A stretch of 64,000 nt of DNA from Tubulanus polymorphus (taxonomy: Eukaryota; Animalia; Nemertea). The notes under the pieces were generated by a model. That model was not told where the DNA came from, ran no database searches, and saw only the letters and a program-made list of their open reading frames with translations. The position numbers and the translations under genes were made by a program. The stretch covers positions 15,718,485 to 15,782,484 of the forward strand of contig NC_134027.1 of assembly GCF_964204645.1 (NCBI RefSeq). Direction: 5' to 3'. Positions 61,780 to 64,000 of this stretch are shown here, piece by piece. The stretch's first letter is position 1. Each line of letters starts with the position of its first letter.

Positions 61780-63849
61780 CTAACCAAACTCTCGTCTACG
61801 AGTGAAAAGGTTTAAGGCTCGTCGCACTGAGCTTGCAAGATTGTTCGCAAAACGTTTTATACCATCTCTATCGTTAATATGCACTGGATCTCGGTAAAAG
61901 TGTTGGCGATTGTTGAGGTTCTCGTGGCGGCATACGAAAGTGTTTTTGTCGAATTCCGCATGGCTTTCAATAGTCGCATTGAATATACGTGACTGTATGT
62001 CGTATCTGTTATGATCAAATCTAGGCGGCACTAGCGATGTCACTAATTTAGTCTCCGGAAATTTGTTTTTGATTTCATTGACAAGATCAATATAACGGTC
62101 CACACACTTATCGGCACTATTTGTGTTACGGATATCATTGGTCCCTACATGAAGGACAATACACGACGGATTTTCACTGATATCCCTGACAGCGCTAGAT
62201 ACTTCATTTATTGTGTACGCTGTTAGTTTCTCGACATCACACGAATCGTTAACAAAACGGTCAGGATCAATGAGCTTCGTATTAGAATCACCTATGATAA
62301 CCACTCGTCCACGCTCACGACGACTACGAGTGCTGCGGCTACGCTTGTCGCCATGGTGAGATGTTCGTCGACTTCGTTTATGGACGACTTCGAATGACGC
62401 ATGACGATCACTAGTTTCCGGACAGTCGTATACGCTTTCATCACTGGGACTATCGGTAGTCAGTGGGTTACGGTGAGAATGGGCATCCGGACTGCGCGAC
62501 TCATTCAAGTTCTCTACGTTCGATTTTTCACGCGAGACCCTTTCCTGCAGGTCTTTCACCTCGTTTCTCAAATCATTGTCATCATTAGATTTCTGTAGGA
62601 TGTCTTTTATCCTGCAGGCGTTCCTGTCGACAACTTTTTTCAGGTGGTCGACGCCCTTTTCCAAGTTCGGTAGCGGCATTGACAGTTCAGAGATACGGTC
62701 GATTCGTATGATCGCGTCATCAATTTTAGTATGTATGGATTTTAGTTGAGGAGTCTGTACGCATTGGTTCACTTGTTGAGTTAGGGTGACTATGGAAGCC
62801 TGTAGTGACTTAAACATATCCAGAATCTCGGCACCATCTAGTATTGTAGAGCTGGAGTCAGTCTGGCAGGCAGCATTAGCAGAGAAGTCGTGGATTTCCA
62901 CAGACGTACTGCCATCTTTAAATGACTTCATATCGGCAGGTTCGGAAGTTTGGGCGTCATCGGCTTTTCGAACCAGGTTAGACGGGTTACATAGCGGGCA
63001 GATGTAGATCTCATGTATGTCGGACGTTATCCGGGCCATGTCTTGTTTCGTGAGGCCAGTACATATATTATGCGTCCAACTTTCACATAAAGAGCATTGA
63101 ACCATCTGTCTGTTATCTGGGTTTTGGCAAACGGTGCAACTAGACTTTTGAGGAAGTTTTTTGGGTCCATTCTGGGGCGACTGGTGGCCTAACTGGCTCT
63201 GTTTGGGTTTATTCAGTTTTTCCAACATTTTCGGGAAGGTGTCACTCACCCAGAGTAGGTACGAGTTCCCTTGGATATGCAGCTTGGGAGTCTTTTTCGT
63301 TGACCCTCTATACAGAGTTGCGTAAATGGTACCCAATTCGTTGTTCTGGCTGTCAGTATACATTCCAGTAAACTGAAGACCGTGATCCCCGCGGTCTATC
63401 GGATTACCATAGCTAGCACGGAGTACCTCGAGGATCGACTTCGCTTTTTCTTTGCATAGCTCTATTACCACTGACTGTGTTTTCTCACTTATCACAACCT
63501 TGCGGCTTAACAAACCTAGTTCATCATCAGATGAGTTTACCGTAGTTCTGCTGCTGGATCTCCTCTCAGATTTCTGGCCTTGCTGGAGTATATGGTCTCT
63601 CAGTTGGGTGTACGCAGAGTTTAGTTTCTGGAACGAGGTGGTGGCATCAGATCTGTTGCACTTATCAGGGTGTATTTCTTTAGCAATGGAGATGTATTTG
63701 ATCCTAACATCATCAAGGCTTGAGGGCAGCTTATCGAGTTCTAAGATTTCGAGAAGTTCCGCGATGTTACTTCCGGGTTCCATGGGCGCCGCCATATTGG
63801 AATTTTTATGCAATCCCGATGGAAAAGTTTCACAATAAATTTCACACAT
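61780..63849 (-). CDS. LINE ORF1: DnaJ domain, alpha/beta domain, PHD finger, coiled coil and SGNH esterase-like domain; intact
   Basis: LEILEL...DDVRIKYISIAKEIHPDK...ATTSFQKLNSAY (J-domain); C4HC3 PHD CTVC...QCSLCESWTH..C...YICPLC; IIGDSN, LHVGTND and DPVH (SGNH). The likely start is Met19 at 63795. Confidence 0.9.
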   Translation of the reverse strand: MCEIYCETFPSGLHKNSNMAAPMEPGSNIAELLEILELDKLPSSLDDVRIKYISIAKEIHPDKCNRSDATTSFQKLNSAYTQLRDHILQQGQKSERRSSSRTTVNSSDDELGLLSRKVVISEKTQSVVIELCKEKAKSILEVLRASYGNPIDRGDHGLQFTGMYTDSQNNELGTIYATLYRGSTKKTPKLHIQGNSYLLWVSDTFPKMLEKLNKPKQSQLGHQSPQNGPKKLPQKSSCTVCQNPDNRQMVQCSLCESWTHNICTGLTKQDMARITSDIHEIYICPLCNPSNLVRKADDAQTSEPADMKSFKDGSTSVEIHDFSANAACQTDSSSTILDGAEILDMFKSLQASIVTLTQQVNQCVQTPQLKSIHTKIDDAIIRIDRISELSMPLPNLEKGVDHLKKVVDRNACRIKDILQKSNDDNDLRNEVKDLQERVSREKSNVENLNESRSPDAHSHRNPLTTDSPSDESVYDCPETSDRHASFEVVHKRSRRTSHHGDKRSRSTRSRRERGRVVIIGDSNTKLIDPDRFVNDSCDVEKLTAYTINEVSSAVRDISENPSCIVLHVGTNDIRNTNSADKCVDRYIDLVNEIKNKFPETKLVTSLVPPRFDHNRYDIQSRIFNATIESHAEFDKNTFVCRHENLNNRQHFYRDPVHINDRDGIKRFANNLASSVRRALNLFTRRREFG

Positions 63850-64000
63850 GAATTTACGACGATCGACGAATATTACAGACCAGAACGTTGCTCGGTTTTC
63901 TTATCTTTCTATAGCACATAGCCTTTTCTGCCTACGTTGGGGTAAACAGCATTAAATTGTAATTTTCTCCGGACACGTAGTTTGTTGTGATCACACGTGT

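Larger units (their letters stand above)
57642..63960 (-). mobile_element. Near-full-length CR1/L2-group LINE
   Basis: ORF1 at 61780-63849 and a disrupted ORF2 at 57880-61757. The 3' end has AATAAA and an (AAATTG)n tail at 57642-57675, interrupting the duplicated segment. The 5' boundary is approximate. Confidence 0.92.

Noticed and set aside
61780-63849. Host DnaJ gene
   Set aside because: It is intronless, fused to PHD and SGNH domains, and sits 22 bp upstream of a LINE ORF2, so it is the retrotransposon ORF1.

Overview
AT-rich eukaryotic (probably invertebrate) DNA made almost entirely of nested mobile elements. No host gene can be supported. The core is two related Polinton/Maverick (adintovirus-like) endogenous dsDNA viruses lying head-to-head. 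Copy A (~5245-19684) is decayed and rearranged. Copy B (~20719-37007) is near-complete, with protein-primed PolB, penton, major capsid, packaging ATPase, rve integrase with chromodomain, an HNH/endonuclease VII gene and an AGTAGT terminus. Around them are: a Gypsy fragment with a chromodomain and an env-like ORF; several CR1/L2-group LINEs; an intact Merlin transposon; a full-length BEL/Pao LTR element inside one copy of a local duplication; and many MITEs with clear target-site duplications. The two most striking signals are these. (1) Almost every Polinton gene starts at a poxvirus-style TAAATG with T-rich or A-rich upstream blocks, suggesting a virophage-like dependence on a poxvirus-type transcription apparatus. 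(2) A LINE ORF1 carries an N-terminal DnaJ (HPD) domain ahead of PHD, coiled-coil and SGNH domains. All family calls come from reading motifs by eye, with no database searches.
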